Origin: a virus
Length of the DNA stretch: 64,000 bases
Direction: 5' to 3' (one strand)
IMG/VR virus record: IMGVR_UViG_3300046000_009133
Coordinates: 5,668-69,667 of that record
The number at the start of each line of letters is the position of its first letter. Within the stretch, counting starts at the first letter, position 1. This document shows, one piece after another, positions 1-8,355 of this stretch. A program made the position numbers and the translations under genes. The notes below the pieces were generated by a model. The model did no database searches. It saw only the letters and a list, made by a program, of their open reading frames with translations, and was not told the origin of the DNA.

Positions 1-104
1 GACTTTTCCATATAGTCAAGCAACTGGCGGGCGGTTGCGCCGTTTTGCACGCATTCAATTGCAGCGCGCAAAAAGACTTGGTGAATCTCTTTAAGTTCCA
101 TGAT

Positions 105-428
105 TCACGACTCCAGATAGGCGACAATCGCCTTTTGAGTTTGGGCAGGCAGATCAGACCAGGCAACACGCTTGCGGCGGTTCCGTTCGCGATAAGCTGC
201 AGCTTGGTGCGGCTCAAGAAAGAAGTGGCAGCCTTGCGCGCCGCCCTTGTCAAAGTCCAAGCCGACAACCTGCATTTCCCGGCGCGGCGCGGGTTCCGGG
301 CGCAAGATGATATCAAAATCAAGCGGCGCGGCGGGTTCAATCTTGATCAGGTCCAGCACCTGGGCGCGAACAATGGCGGGCGCGTCCTGCATGAAACGGC
401 GCGGCATTTGGCGGGGGCGGTAAAGATC
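105..428 (-). CDS. hypothetical early phage protein
   Basis: 3' part of ORF 105..482, last gene of the visible leftward operon. Exact start is uncertain (candidate Met codons in the HAMADLY region); coordinates approximate. Confidence 0.5.
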   Translation of the reverse strand, partial: DLYRPRQMPRRFMQDAPAIVRAQVLDLIKIEPAAPLDFDIILRPEPAPRREMQVVGLDFDKGGAQGCHFFLEPHQAAAYRERNRRKRVAWSDLPAQTQKAIVAYLES

Positions 429-463
429 AGCCATAGCGTGAGTCTCCCTTGAAAGGTGAAAGT

Positions 464-1060
464 TTAGCGGTAGTAAATCCAACCGCGGTAAGCTTCGATG
501 TAGGTTTCACCAAATGACTCGGCGGCTTTGGTCATATCGTCGCGGAATATGCCACCGAAAGAATAGCCGGCCGCATCGCTGGAATCCTCAAGAACCTGCC
601 AACCGCCTAGACCTGGCTCCGGCTTATCCGGTGCCCAGAGGTCAAGCTTTAATTCTTCCCGATCCCAATATCCTACGCCGTGCCCTTGGCGGGTGAACCA
701 AAAGTCATTTCCGGCCCGGTCTAGGGTGTACTTATCGCTAACACGCTCAAACCATTGTTGCACAAAACAACCGTCTGGCATGATATGGGAAAGAAAGGCG
801 TCACAATCCCGGGCGATTGCCGCCACGCTGGCACGGGTCAACCGTTCGACTCCCCAGTCGTTCAACAGGTCTTCACGCGAGTCGCCCGTGTCGCCATTGG
901 TAAAGAACATGGCTTCAACGTAGCCTTTCGCAAAGTCGCTCAAATCATTATAGGGGTGAACCTTGACCGGGTTTTGTGGCTTTGCATAACCATAGGCCAC
1001 GGCGCGGTTATGATCGGCGCGAGTCGGCGGGGTGTTCAAGATGAATTGCGGCATGATCAA
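464..1060 (-). CDS. conserved phage hypothetical protein (GNDFWFTRQGHGVGYWDR motif)
   Basis: 198-aa ORF coupled to the upstream gene by an ATGA-type overlap. Motif resembles GHDFWLTRNGHG-type phage proteins. Confidence 0.7.
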   Translation of the reverse strand: MIMPQFILNTPPTRADHNRAVAYGYAKPQNPVKVHPYNDLSDFAKGYVEAMFFTNGDTGDSREDLLNDWGVERLTRASVAAIARDCDAFLSHIMPDGCFVQQWFERVSDKYTLDRAGNDFWFTRQGHGVGYWDREELKLDLWAPDKPEPGLGGWQVLEDSSDAAGYSFGGIFRDDMTKAAESFGETYIEAYRGWIYYR

Positions 1061-1512
1061 TCTTCCCCGTATTCAGAAGCAAGATTCCCAGTGATGTATT
1101 CCACCGCGAACCGGAGTCCCCAAAGCAATGCCATTGCATCAGTCTCCCGGCGCGTGCCGTTCTCGCCCCGGTAGTCATCCCAATTCGCGGCTTTGCGCGT
1201 GCTGATCATCACATCCGACCAATGCAATTCGCCGTCACGGTCGCAATGCGAGCCCAGTTTTTCCCCGGTTTCGCTCAAGTAGTCTTGCACGGCAGCGGCG
1301 ATATCCGACCGGTAGCGACTGGCCATGGTCAACATTGAGGCGGTATAGATTAGATCATTCCACCAGCCCGTTTCCGTGCCGCGCATCGCATCGCCAAAGG
1401 CGGAACGGATAGCGACAAGACGCGCTTCCCCGCGCCATGCTTTGCCGGTTGGCAGATATTCGCGCGCCGATTTCAAGACAGTGCGGCGGCAATAGGCGGT
1501 CAAGCGTTGCAT
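1057..1512 (-). CDS. hypothetical early phage protein
   Basis: 151-aa ORF with AAAAAGGA Shine-Dalgarno upstream and a promoter-like element at 1541-1573. Confidence 0.7.
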   Translation of the reverse strand: MQRLTAYCRRTVLKSAREYLPTGKAWRGEARLVAIRSAFGDAMRGTETGWWNDLIYTASMLTMASRYRSDIAAAVQDYLSETGEKLGSHCDRDGELHWSDVMISTRKAANWDDYRGENGTRRETDAMALLWGLRFAVEYITGNLASEYGED

Positions 1513-1540
1513 GGGTCGATTCCTTTTTCTAAGTTGCTTT

Positions 1541-1591
1541 TCACTTCTAACGTGAAACTAAATCATTAGTCAAGCGACGATTAGCAGGGCT
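1541..1591 (-). promoter_or_regulatory. leftward sigma70-like promoter (TTGACT -35 at 1573-1568) overlapped by TCAC-N7-GTGA site 1541-1555
   Basis: AGTCAAGCG..GATTAG..GGGCT block shared with 2079-2102; a third AGTCAAGC at 14-21. Confidence 0.55.
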
Positions 1592-1761
1592 TCCAGGTCC
1601 AGACTGAAGGCGCGGCAAAAGATCAGTGCATCGGCGGCGCTAAGGCTCACGTCGCCCCGCTCAATCTTGGAATATGTCGCCTGGGTCTTGCTGATCAGCG
1701 CGGCGGCGGCGGTTTGATTCATGCCAGCGGCGGCGCGGGCGGCGGCGAGGTTGCGCAACAT
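1570..1761 (-). CDS. XRE-family helix-turn-helix protein
   Basis: LAAARAAAGMNQTAAAALISKTQATYSKIERG is a canonical HTH_3 pattern. Confidence 0.85.
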   Translation of the reverse strand: MLRNLAAARAAAGMNQTAAAALISKTQATYSKIERGDVSLSAADALIFCRAFSLDLEALLIVA

Positions 1762-2000
1762 CAGCGCTCACCCTTTGCCTGGTTGTCCAAGTTACCGTCG
1801 CAAGCCAATTCGTGCATGATAGCTTGGCCCAGCTTTGCGGCGGCGGCGGCATAGGTCAATTCCGAGTCGACCTGCATTCCATACCGCACCGCAAAGTTGT
1901 CTTTGGCGCGCTGCTGCAGGGTCACCGACCCCCAGCGGATGCACAATTTGTGGCGGGGTTCGGGTTTGGTGTAGTTTCCGCTTTTGGTAAAATATTGCAT
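1761..2000 (-). CDS. hypothetical early phage protein
   Basis: 79-aa ORF with AAAGGGTG SD and TGATG coupling to the XRE gene. Confidence 0.7.
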   Translation of the reverse strand: MQYFTKSGNYTKPEPRHKLCIRWGSVTLQQRAKDNFAVRYGMQVDSELTYAAAAAKLGQAIMHELACDGNLDNQAKGER

Positions 2001-2049
2001 CTTGTCACCCTTTCAATTGAGCCAGAACTTCCCGGCGATTCGTTCGTGA

Positions 2050-2102
2050 CTTTCACTTTGCACTTGTAACTAGCACCTAGTCAAGCGGGGATTAGTCGGG
2101 CT
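2050..2102 (-). promoter_or_regulatory. leftward promoter (TTGACT -35 at 2084-2079) with TCAC half-sites
   Basis: Repeat of the 1568-1591 block, upstream of the first leftward gene. Confidence 0.5.
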
Positions 2103-2228
2103 GCGATTTATCGGGCAAGTGATCTGTGCAGATCAGTTTAGCCTTTCGTGTGACGCCTGGTCGCGCTTACGCACGGGCGCGCGGGCTCAGGTGAGTGGGT
2201 GACAAGCTGGTAGGGAGAAAATTTTATA

Positions 2229-2291
2229 CCCCAGAGAAATCGGAGCCCCAGAGAAATCGGAGCCCCAGAGAAATCGGAGCCCCAGAGAAAT
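2229..2291. repeat. 17-bp tandem repeat CCCCAGAGAAATCGGAG, 3 full copies plus a 12-nt partial
   Basis: Read directly from sequence; no spacers; lies in the divergent intergenic region. Confidence 0.95.
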
Positions 2292-2370
2292 GCAAATCAC
2301 TTTCACTTTTCATTTGACTTTCACGTTGATTCGCAGGAAACGTTCATCAAGCCACCACGGAGAAAACAGC

Positions 2371-2610
2371 ATGAGCATCACCATCGAAAACACCCTGCGG
2401 CGCGTCGTAGGTAATTGCACCGGCGTCGATCCCGCTTCGATTGAACCTGATACACCTTTGACCGGTGACAGCCTTGATCACGTCGAAGTGCTCATGGAAG
2501 TCGAAGATGAATTTGGCATTCAAATCGACGAGGTGAAGTGGGAAGACTGCAAAACCTTCGCCGACTATCTGGCTTTGGTCAAAGCGACCTATGCAGAGGT
2601 GGCCGCATGA
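2371..2610 (+). CDS. acpP: acyl carrier protein (phosphopantetheine attachment site)
   Basis: 79 aa, acidic; GDSLDHVEVLMEVEDEFGIQI matches the ACP DSL motif and helix II; GGAG SD. Confidence 0.88.
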   Translation: MSITIENTLRRVVGNCTGVDPASIEPDTPLTGDSLDHVEVLMEVEDEFGIQIDEVKWEDCKTFADYLALVKATYAEVAA

Positions 2611-2843
2611 ACGATGTTGTCCCGCTTTTCCACAGCGAAGATCGTTTCACCGCAGCAAACAGCATTTACTGCCCCGAAGCGCCAATGGTCGTTGACGTTG
2701 AGCCGGAAGACCCCGGACCCAACGTCAACTGCGGCAATCGTTACGACGCCGATCCTCTGGAATGGATATCGACACGGGCGATGTTTGCAGCTTCGGTTGG
2801 TTTTCTCGCGGCGATGGTCATCATTGCGGTGCTGCCATGGTAG
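2607..2843 (+). CDS. hypothetical protein with C-terminal transmembrane helix
   Basis: ATGA overlap with ACP; hydrophobic C-terminus AMFAASVGFLAAMVIIAVLPW. Confidence 0.6.
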   Translation: MNDVVPLFHSEDRFTAANSIYCPEAPMVVDVEPEDPGPNVNCGNRYDADPLEWISTRAMFAASVGFLAAMVIIAVLPW

Positions 2844-3025
2844 ACTTCGATCCCCGCTGCACTCGCTGCGGCTGCCAGCTGAAGGTCGTGCTGTTTCAGG
2901 TGCGGGTTCCTCGCAACTTACCTCTTAATGCAATGGAACATGCGCTATCTAGCGACCCCCTTCGCTACGACTACGAGCAGCGCGAAGAAATTTCAGACTG
3001 CCCCCGCTGCACTGGCTCGTATTGA
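2837..3025 (+). CDS. small zinc-ribbon-like protein
   Basis: CTRCGC ... CPRC cysteine pairs; overlaps the upstream stop. Confidence 0.55.
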   Translation: MVDFDPRCTRCGCQLKVVLFQVRVPRNLPLNAMEHALSSDPLRYDYEQREEISDCPRCTGSY

Positions 3026-3158
3026 GGATATCATGAAGCATTTTATTTTTGACTATGATGCGATCCTCCGCCCCGGATTTACTATTTACCGCCTGACCCT
3101 TCGGTGTCCAGCCCCGTGTGGGCTGGCGTCCAAATGGCCAAAAGGAGAATAACAGATC

Positions 3159-3704
3159 ATGGATATCTTGAAAATTACAGCAGCGGATGTTGACGGCAAG
3201 AATTTTTATGTCGGACCGGACGTGTCGAATTGGCATGGCTCGATTGAGATTGCCGCAAGTCTGGGGCTTGTTACTTTTCCTGGCAAGATTTCGGCAAAAT
3301 TCAATATTTCCATCAAGGCTGGCACATCCATCGAGGCTGGCGGGTCCATCGAGGCTGGCTGGTGCATCGAGGCTGGCGGGTCCATCAAGGCTGGCGGGTC
3401 CATCGAGGCTGGCTGGTGCATCGAGGCTGGCGGGTCCATCAAGGCTGGCGGGTCCATCAAGGCTGGCAAATCCATCAAGGCTGGCTGGTTCATCAAGGCT
3501 GGCTGGTCCATCGAGGCTGGCAGGTCCATCAAGGCTGGCTGGTTCATCGAGGCAAAAACCATAGGCTGTAAGCTGCGAATTTTTGCTAGCCTGTGCAGTT
3601 GGCGAATCCCGTCAGAGCAGGAAATGACAATCACCGGGAAAATAGTCTCCGGGAATATCGCTTTCGGCATTCACAAATTGCCGGAGGCGCAGTCCAATGG
3701 CTGA
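3159..3704 (+). CDS. hexapeptide-repeat (beta-helix-like) protein
   Basis: About 14 x-I-[EK]-A-G-x repeats encoded by 18-bp DNA units; AAGGAG SD. Confidence 0.8.
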   Translation: MDILKITAADVDGKNFYVGPDVSNWHGSIEIAASLGLVTFPGKISAKFNISIKAGTSIEAGGSIEAGWCIEAGGSIKAGGSIEAGWCIEAGGSIKAGGSIKAGKSIKAGWFIKAGWSIEAGRSIKAGWFIEAKTIGCKLRIFASLCSWRIPSEQEMTITGKIVSGNIAFGIHKLPEAQSNG

Positions 3705-4116
3705 CACATCCACCAACTGGCAATGGTATCAATCACGCCACGAAGATGGCAGCACGTGGTCTGGGCCACACGGCGACCGCGACGAAGCTATTCAATCTGG
3801 CCGCGCAGATTATGATGGCGATGGATTTTTTGTCGCTCAGGCCCACAACGAATCGATCCGTTTGGCTGATTATATCGGCGCGGATCAGGCGCTGGAATTG
3901 GCCGAGGATCGCATCTTTGACAGCGCCCGCGCCAACCCGGACTATGACGATGTGATTCTCGATGCGACCCCGGACCAGCAGCGCGACCTGACGGACCGCA
4001 TCCGCCGCGCCTGCAACGAATGGCAGGACGCACATGGCCTGAAATTCGCCAGCAACACGTTTAGCGGCATGACTGCGCCGGAATGGATTGAACCGGAGGC
4101 GCAGTCCAATGGCTGA
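3697..4116 (+). CDS. hypothetical phage protein
   Basis: 139-aa ORF with GGAGG SD; overlaps the upstream stop. Confidence 0.7.
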   Translation: MADTSTNWQWYQSRHEDGSTWSGPHGDRDEAIQSGRADYDGDGFFVAQAHNESIRLADYIGADQALELAEDRIFDSARANPDYDDVILDATPDQQRDLTDRIRRACNEWQDAHGLKFASNTFSGMTAPEWIEPEAQSNG

Positions 4117-4195
4117 CACCACCAAAATCGAATGGACCGCCACCCGCCTTCTCGCCGGCGTGACCCATGACGGATTTCCGGGGGTAACGGCATGA
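4109..4195 (+). pseudogene. 28-codon remnant of a Gp37/Gp68 (DUF5131)-like gene
   Basis: MADTTKIEWT joined to RLLAGVTHDGFP; these resemble the typical N- and C-termini of this family, with the interior missing. Confidence 0.55.
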
Positions 4196-4542
4196 CCGAC
4201 ACACACGACACCGCCGCCACTCGCGACGTTCTGGCAGAACGCGCCCGCCAGATTGCAGACGAGGACTGGACGCATGAACATGACGACCAACACGACGATG
4301 GAAGTCTTGCATCCGCTGCGGCCTGCTATGCCAGCCCAATTCAACTGACCATTGACGGGGCAGGAGTGGTTGTCGAGCCAGTTTCCGGCGACGAAATCCT
4401 GCCGCTTGGATGGCCGGAAAGTTGGGATTCTGACTGGTGGAAGCCAAGTGATAGACGTCGCGATCTTGTAAAGGCCGCCGCCCTGATCTTGGCCGAGATT
4501 GAACGGATTGACCGCGCAGCCCTGAAAGGCGGTGCAAAATGA
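4192..4542 (+). CDS. conserved phage protein (DVLAERARQ..W..EHDD.H..RRRDLVKAAALILAEIERIDR family)
   Basis: Highly recognisable phage accessory motif. Confidence 0.85.
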   Translation: MTDTHDTAATRDVLAERARQIADEDWTHEHDDQHDDGSLASAAACYASPIQLTIDGAGVVVEPVSGDEILPLGWPESWDSDWWKPSDRRRDLVKAAALILAEIERIDRAALKGGAK

Positions 4543-4742
4543 AAGTCGAAGTTGGAGCCTATTCAAGCGTTGTCGGCGGCTCTGTCCATTTTTACGAGGA
4601 TGACGGCAGGTTCGCTGGTCAGATTGCCATCATGTGCAACACCGATACGCTGCGTGACCCCGCGCTGCAAAAGGCCATCTGCGAAGTCATGGCAAAGGCA
4701 CTGACACAGTTTTTCGCGGAACAGAAAGGCGGTGCAGCATGA
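4539..4742 (+). CDS. hypothetical protein
   Basis: 67 aa; ATGA coupling on both sides. Confidence 0.65.
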   Translation: MKVEVGAYSSVVGGSVHFYEDDGRFAGQIAIMCNTDTLRDPALQKAICEVMAKALTQFFAEQKGGAA

Positions 4743-4903
4743 ACCTCACAAAAGCAATAGCGATAAAGCTGGCGGGCTTCGACGCCCCCGCTGTCATGTC
4801 ACCACATGAGCCTACACCGCAGGCCCGTTTTGACAGGCTGTGGCCGTCGGAACAAGCGCGCCTTTTGAAGCTGGCAGAGCGCATCGAAAGGATCGGAAAA
4901 TGA
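4739..4903 (+). CDS. hypothetical protein (54 aa, MNLTKAIAIKLAG...)
   Basis: Below the ORF-track length cutoff; ATGA-coupled at both ends. Confidence 0.55.
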   Translation: MNLTKAIAIKLAGFDAPAVMSPHEPTPQARFDRLWPSEQARLLKLAERIERIGK

Positions 4904-5355
4904 CCACCCCCATTGACCTGACCCGCCTTGTCGCGCCGCTGGTGTGGGAGCGCGGCGTCGTCGATTACGCCAAGCCCTTCCCGGGGATGAAATATGTCGC
5001 CTGCTCGACAACGCCACATGGATGCTGGGCGTGGTGGCTTGACGGTGATAGTTCCACGCGCACTGTTGAGCGCGACGAACACCACGCCAAAGCCGCCGCG
5101 CAAGCCGACTTCATCGCCCGCATCACCGCATGGCTAGACCCCGCCGCGCTTGCCGCGATGCTGGCCGAGGCGGTGAAGGCAGAGCGGGAAGCGTGTGCAC
5201 GGGTGCTTGACGCCCGTATGGAGGAGATCGTGAAGGACGAAGGCTCTTGGGAGCCGGACACCAACGTCACCAACCTGCCAGAATGGGCCGAAACAGCTTG
5301 CGAAGAATTGGAAGCAGCCGCAGCCGCCATCCGAGCGCGCGGGGTGACGGAATGA
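4900..5355 (+). CDS. hypothetical phage protein
   Basis: VAPLVWE...AKAAAQADF...AEREACA mosaic of common phage accessory segments. Confidence 0.7.
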   Translation: MTTPIDLTRLVAPLVWERGVVDYAKPFPGMKYVACSTTPHGCWAWWLDGDSSTRTVERDEHHAKAAAQADFIARITAWLDPAALAAMLAEAVKAEREACARVLDARMEEIVKDEGSWEPDTNVTNLPEWAETACEELEAAAAAIRARGVTE

Positions 5356-5498
5356 AATTTAAGATCGCACTATCGCTCATCGGCGTGGGGAATATCCTTA
5401 TGGCCGTGGTTCTCATGATTGGCGGTGATCATGGCGGGGGCGAACAAACGATACAGACGGCGGTGCTTTTCTTCATCTGGGCAGAGGTGTGGGCATGA
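5352..5498 (+). CDS. small two-helix membrane protein
   Basis: MKFKIALSLIGVGNILMAVVLMIGG...AVLFFIWAEVWA; ATGA-coupled. Confidence 0.6.
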   Translation: MKFKIALSLIGVGNILMAVVLMIGGDHGGGEQTIQTAVLFFIWAEVWA

Positions 5499-5818
5499 CC
5501 AGCGCATACCCACTACAATGGCCCGATCACCGCAAGCGGACGCCAGCAGAAGATCGCCGTTCGTCGCGTTTCAACGTGACGCCGGGAAAAGCGCGAAACG
5601 AACTGATGGCGGAGATTTTCTGCGCCGGTGGTGAATATGTGGTGCTATCCACAAACGTCGAGTTGCGCCGCCATGCCAAAGCGGGCATGGCGAACGGCAT
5701 TAAGAGTTACTGCCTGCGCCGCACCCACAACTATGAAGATGAAGCGAATGACATTGGCAGCGGGGTGATCTGGATTGGCGACCTTCTGCGTGTTGTATCC
5801 ATGGAGTTAGGCGGATGA
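5495..5818 (+). CDS. truncated/chimeric protein: N-terminus of the phage J-domain-containing family (AYPLQWP...VVLSTNVELR)
   Basis: Similarity to that family appears to stop after STNVELRR; no HPD motif. Confidence 0.5.
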   Translation: MTSAYPLQWPDHRKRTPAEDRRSSRFNVTPGKARNELMAEIFCAGGEYVVLSTNVELRRHAKAGMANGIKSYCLRRTHNYEDEANDIGSGVIWIGDLLRVVSMELGG

Positions 5819-6126
5819 CTGACACACACGACACCGCCGCGCTGGTGGCAAGGGCGCGGGCGGCGCTGGAAGGCACAACGCCGGGGCCTTGGACTGTTGA
5901 AAACAACGAAGATGACGGGGAGCGTTACTTGTGCAGCCCTTTGACAGAGTGCCCAGTAACGACCGTAATGACGTGCGATGACGGCATACTGTCCGAGGCG
6001 GACGCCAATTTCACCGCCGCCGCTCGCACGTTGGTTCCCGACATGGCCGATGCCCTCACCGGCCAAGCCGCCGAGATTGCGCGGCTGCGTAAACTACTCG
6101 GATATAACAATGGGGAACGCGAATGA
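5815..6126 (+). CDS. Ead/Ea22-like accessory protein
   Basis: TPGPW...EADANFTAAARTLVP motif. Confidence 0.65.
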   Translation: MTDTHDTAALVARARAALEGTTPGPWTVENNEDDGERYLCSPLTECPVTTVMTCDDGILSEADANFTAAARTLVPDMADALTGQAAEIARLRKLLGYNNGERE

Positions 6127-6184
6127 CCGACAACGATCTAATCCGTCGCGGCGACGTGCACGCGCACCATCAGGAACCGGTGAA

Positions 6185-6370
6185 ATGAGTCGGCGCACTA
6201 AACCCTGCAAATGCGGAACGCTGATTTTGGATCGCGAAACGCAATGTTGCCATTGCGAGCAGGAAGATGAACAGGCTGCATTTGAAGCCCGAACTGACGT
6301 GATAATGCTGACCAGCGTTGACACGCTGGATGACCTCAAGAACTGGATCAAGGAGTACCTGATCAAATGA
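6185..6370 (+). CDS. small Cys-rich hypothetical protein
   Basis: CKCG...CCHC; coupled to thyX. Confidence 0.5.
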   Translation: MSRRTKPCKCGTLILDRETQCCHCEQEDEQAAFEARTDVIMLTSVDTLDDLKNWIKEYLIK

Positions 6371-7284
6371 CCACCTATCCCGCCAATTTGACCGCCGACG
6401 CCACCTACGAGATACAGCGCACCAGCGTTCCCGCTCTCGACCAGGTATTAGGTCACGCCTTTGATGTGCTCGACCATGGCTTCGTGCGCGTCATCGACTA
6501 CATGGGCGACGACAGCGCCGTGGTGCAGGCAGCGCGCGTTTCCTATGGCACCGGCACCAAAGAAGTCTCAGACGACCGCGGGTTAATCCGCTATCTGATG
6601 CGACATCATCACTCGACTCCGTTCGAGATGTGCGAAATCAAGTTGCATGTAAAACTGCCCGTCTTCGTCGCGCGGCAGTGGATCAGGCACCGCACCGCCA
6701 ACGTCAACGAATACTCAGCACGCTACAGCATCCTTGATCGGGAGTTCTATATCCCTGAGCCCGAGCAGATGGCGATGCAGGCGACCGACAACAAACAGGG
6801 TCGCGCCGAAGTGCTGTCCGCAGAGAAAGCCCGCGAGATTCAGGAATGGCTGATCCGTGATTCAACCAAAGCCTATGATGGATACATCGACGTATCCAAA
6901 CCAGTGGCCGATGGTGGCGAGTATGGTTTGGCGCGGGAACTGGCACGCATGAATCTGCCTGTCAACATCTACACCCAATGGTATTGGAAGGTCGATCTGC
7001 ACAACCTTCTGCATTTCCTGCGGCTGCGGGCTGACCCTCATGCACAATGGGAAATCCGACAGTATGCCAACGTGATCTGCGAACTGGTCAAACAGTGGGT
7101 TCCGCACACGTTTGAAGCGTTCGAGGATTACAAGCAGCACGCGGTCACCTTCTCGCGGCAGGAGGTAGCGATGATCCAGGCTGCCACGCGCGGCTGTCAA
7201 ATCTCGCCAGAAATGGCAACCAAGGCAGGCATGTCGCAGCGGGAAATAGTTGATTTTGTCAAGAAGATCGGCGGTGCGGCATGA
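6367..7284 (+). CDS. thyX: FAD-dependent thymidylate synthase ThyX
   Basis: RQWIRHRTANVNEYSARY ThyX motif; LRLRADPHAQWEIR. Confidence 0.97.
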   Translation: MTTYPANLTADATYEIQRTSVPALDQVLGHAFDVLDHGFVRVIDYMGDDSAVVQAARVSYGTGTKEVSDDRGLIRYLMRHHHSTPFEMCEIKLHVKLPVFVARQWIRHRTANVNEYSARYSILDREFYIPEPEQMAMQATDNKQGRAEVLSAEKAREIQEWLIRDSTKAYDGYIDVSKPVADGGEYGLARELARMNLPVNIYTQWYWKVDLHNLLHFLRLRADPHAQWEIRQYANVICELVKQWVPHTFEAFEDYKQHAVTFSRQEVAMIQAATRGCQISPEMATKAGMSQREIVDFVKKIGGAA

Positions 7285-7658
7285 CCGAAGAAATGCCCGC
7301 TAACAGCAGCGGTGCGAAGCGTGAAAAGCTGCACGCCCTGCCCTACGACTTGATCCCGTTCCAAGAGATCGTTGCCGCCTATGCCAGACCGGCAGAATTT
7401 GGCTCGATCAAATATGAACCATGGAACTGGAGCCGTGGTCTGTCCCGCGTCCAGTTGCTCGGTTCTCTGTTGCGTCACACGTTTTCCTATCTGCGCGGTG
7501 AAGACCGTGACACCGACTCCGGTTTGCTCCACACCGATCACATCCTTTGGAACGCCGTGGCGCTGTGTCACAACGTTCACTGGAACCTGGAAGATGGGCG
7601 GCGCGGCGAACCGTCACGAGCTTACAAAGATGCTGGAAATTCAACGTCTGCCAATTGA
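7281..7658 (+). CDS. dATP/dGTP diphosphohydrolase-domain protein (DUF5664)
   Basis: YDLIP...FGSIKY..WNW.RG...SLLRH...GED.D.DSGL.H..H..WN. Confidence 0.8.
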   Translation: MTEEMPANSSGAKREKLHALPYDLIPFQEIVAAYARPAEFGSIKYEPWNWSRGLSRVQLLGSLLRHTFSYLRGEDRDTDSGLLHTDHILWNAVALCHNVHWNLEDGRRGEPSRAYKDAGNSTSAN

Positions 7659-7709
7659 CGACCCACCATTTCACCTTTAACGTGATTCAAACATCACCGG
7701 AGAGAATCC

Positions 7710-7973
7710 TTGCCCTACCCATCGAACAGCGACAACGCCTACAATGTGACCGCTGACGAACTGATACAGTTTTATGAGCGGCTTGATCAACTTGAAGCGG
7801 AGAAAAAAGACATCTCCGAACAGATCAAGGAAGTCTGGGCAGAGTTCAAGGGTCGTGGGTTTGATGTGAAAGTGGCCCGCATCCACCGCAAGGACCGCAA
7901 ACTCAGCGCCGATGATCGGGCTGAACGTGACGCGAAACTGGAAATGTACAAAGCCGCACTTGGCGACATCTGA
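7710..7973 (+). CDS. GapR/DUF2312-family nucleoid-associated DNA-binding protein
   Basis: ADEL.QF.ER...LE.EKKDISEQIKEV.AE.KGRGFD.KV...MYK.ALG. Confidence 0.9.
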   Translation: MPYPSNSDNAYNVTADELIQFYERLDQLEAEKKDISEQIKEVWAEFKGRGFDVKVARIHRKDRKLSADDRAERDAKLEMYKAALGDI

Positions 7974-7991
7974 CCACAGAAGGAGACACCT

Positions 7992-8354
7992 GTGAAACTC
8001 GGCAATTTGAAATCAAGCATCCGTTCCACCAAAGGCAGCCCCGTGCTGCGGATCGAACTATCCCCCGGTATGGTGACCACACTCGCCCTGATGAAAGGCC
8101 CGCTGCTTGAAGCACTCGATGCAGCCTTTCCCGGTGGCAAAGCCGTGGAAACTGGCATGACGCTGGAGACCAAGGGCGATGACGCCGTGCTGCGTCCGGA
8201 AACCGGTGGCGTCTATGTGATCAGCGCCGCTGCACCTGGTCCGCTACTGGCGATCATGGAGACGGTTGCTCCAGCCCCGGCAGCCTCGCTGCTCGACCTC
8301 GACGATGACCTGTTGCCTGCACCCAAGACAACCACGCTTCTGCTGGACCTGTGA
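7992..8354 (+). CDS. hypothetical protein
   Basis: GTG start with AAGGAG SD; ends TTLLLDL. Confidence 0.75.
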   Translation: MKLGNLKSSIRSTKGSPVLRIELSPGMVTTLALMKGPLLEALDAAFPGGKAVETGMTLETKGDDAVLRPETGGVYVISAAAPGPLLAIMETVAPAPAASLLDLDDDLLPAPKTTTLLLDL

Positions 8355-8355
8355 C

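Noticed and set aside
2229-2291. CRISPR-like array
   Set aside because: Units are contiguous with no spacers, and there is no cas operon. DUF2800 is a routine phage Cas4-like nuclease.
7281-7658. 2-aminoadenine (Z) genome pathway suggested by DUF5664 plus MazG-like genes
   Set aside because: No PurZ or DatZ gene in the window, and an amino-MTase is present. Cannot exclude genes outside the window.
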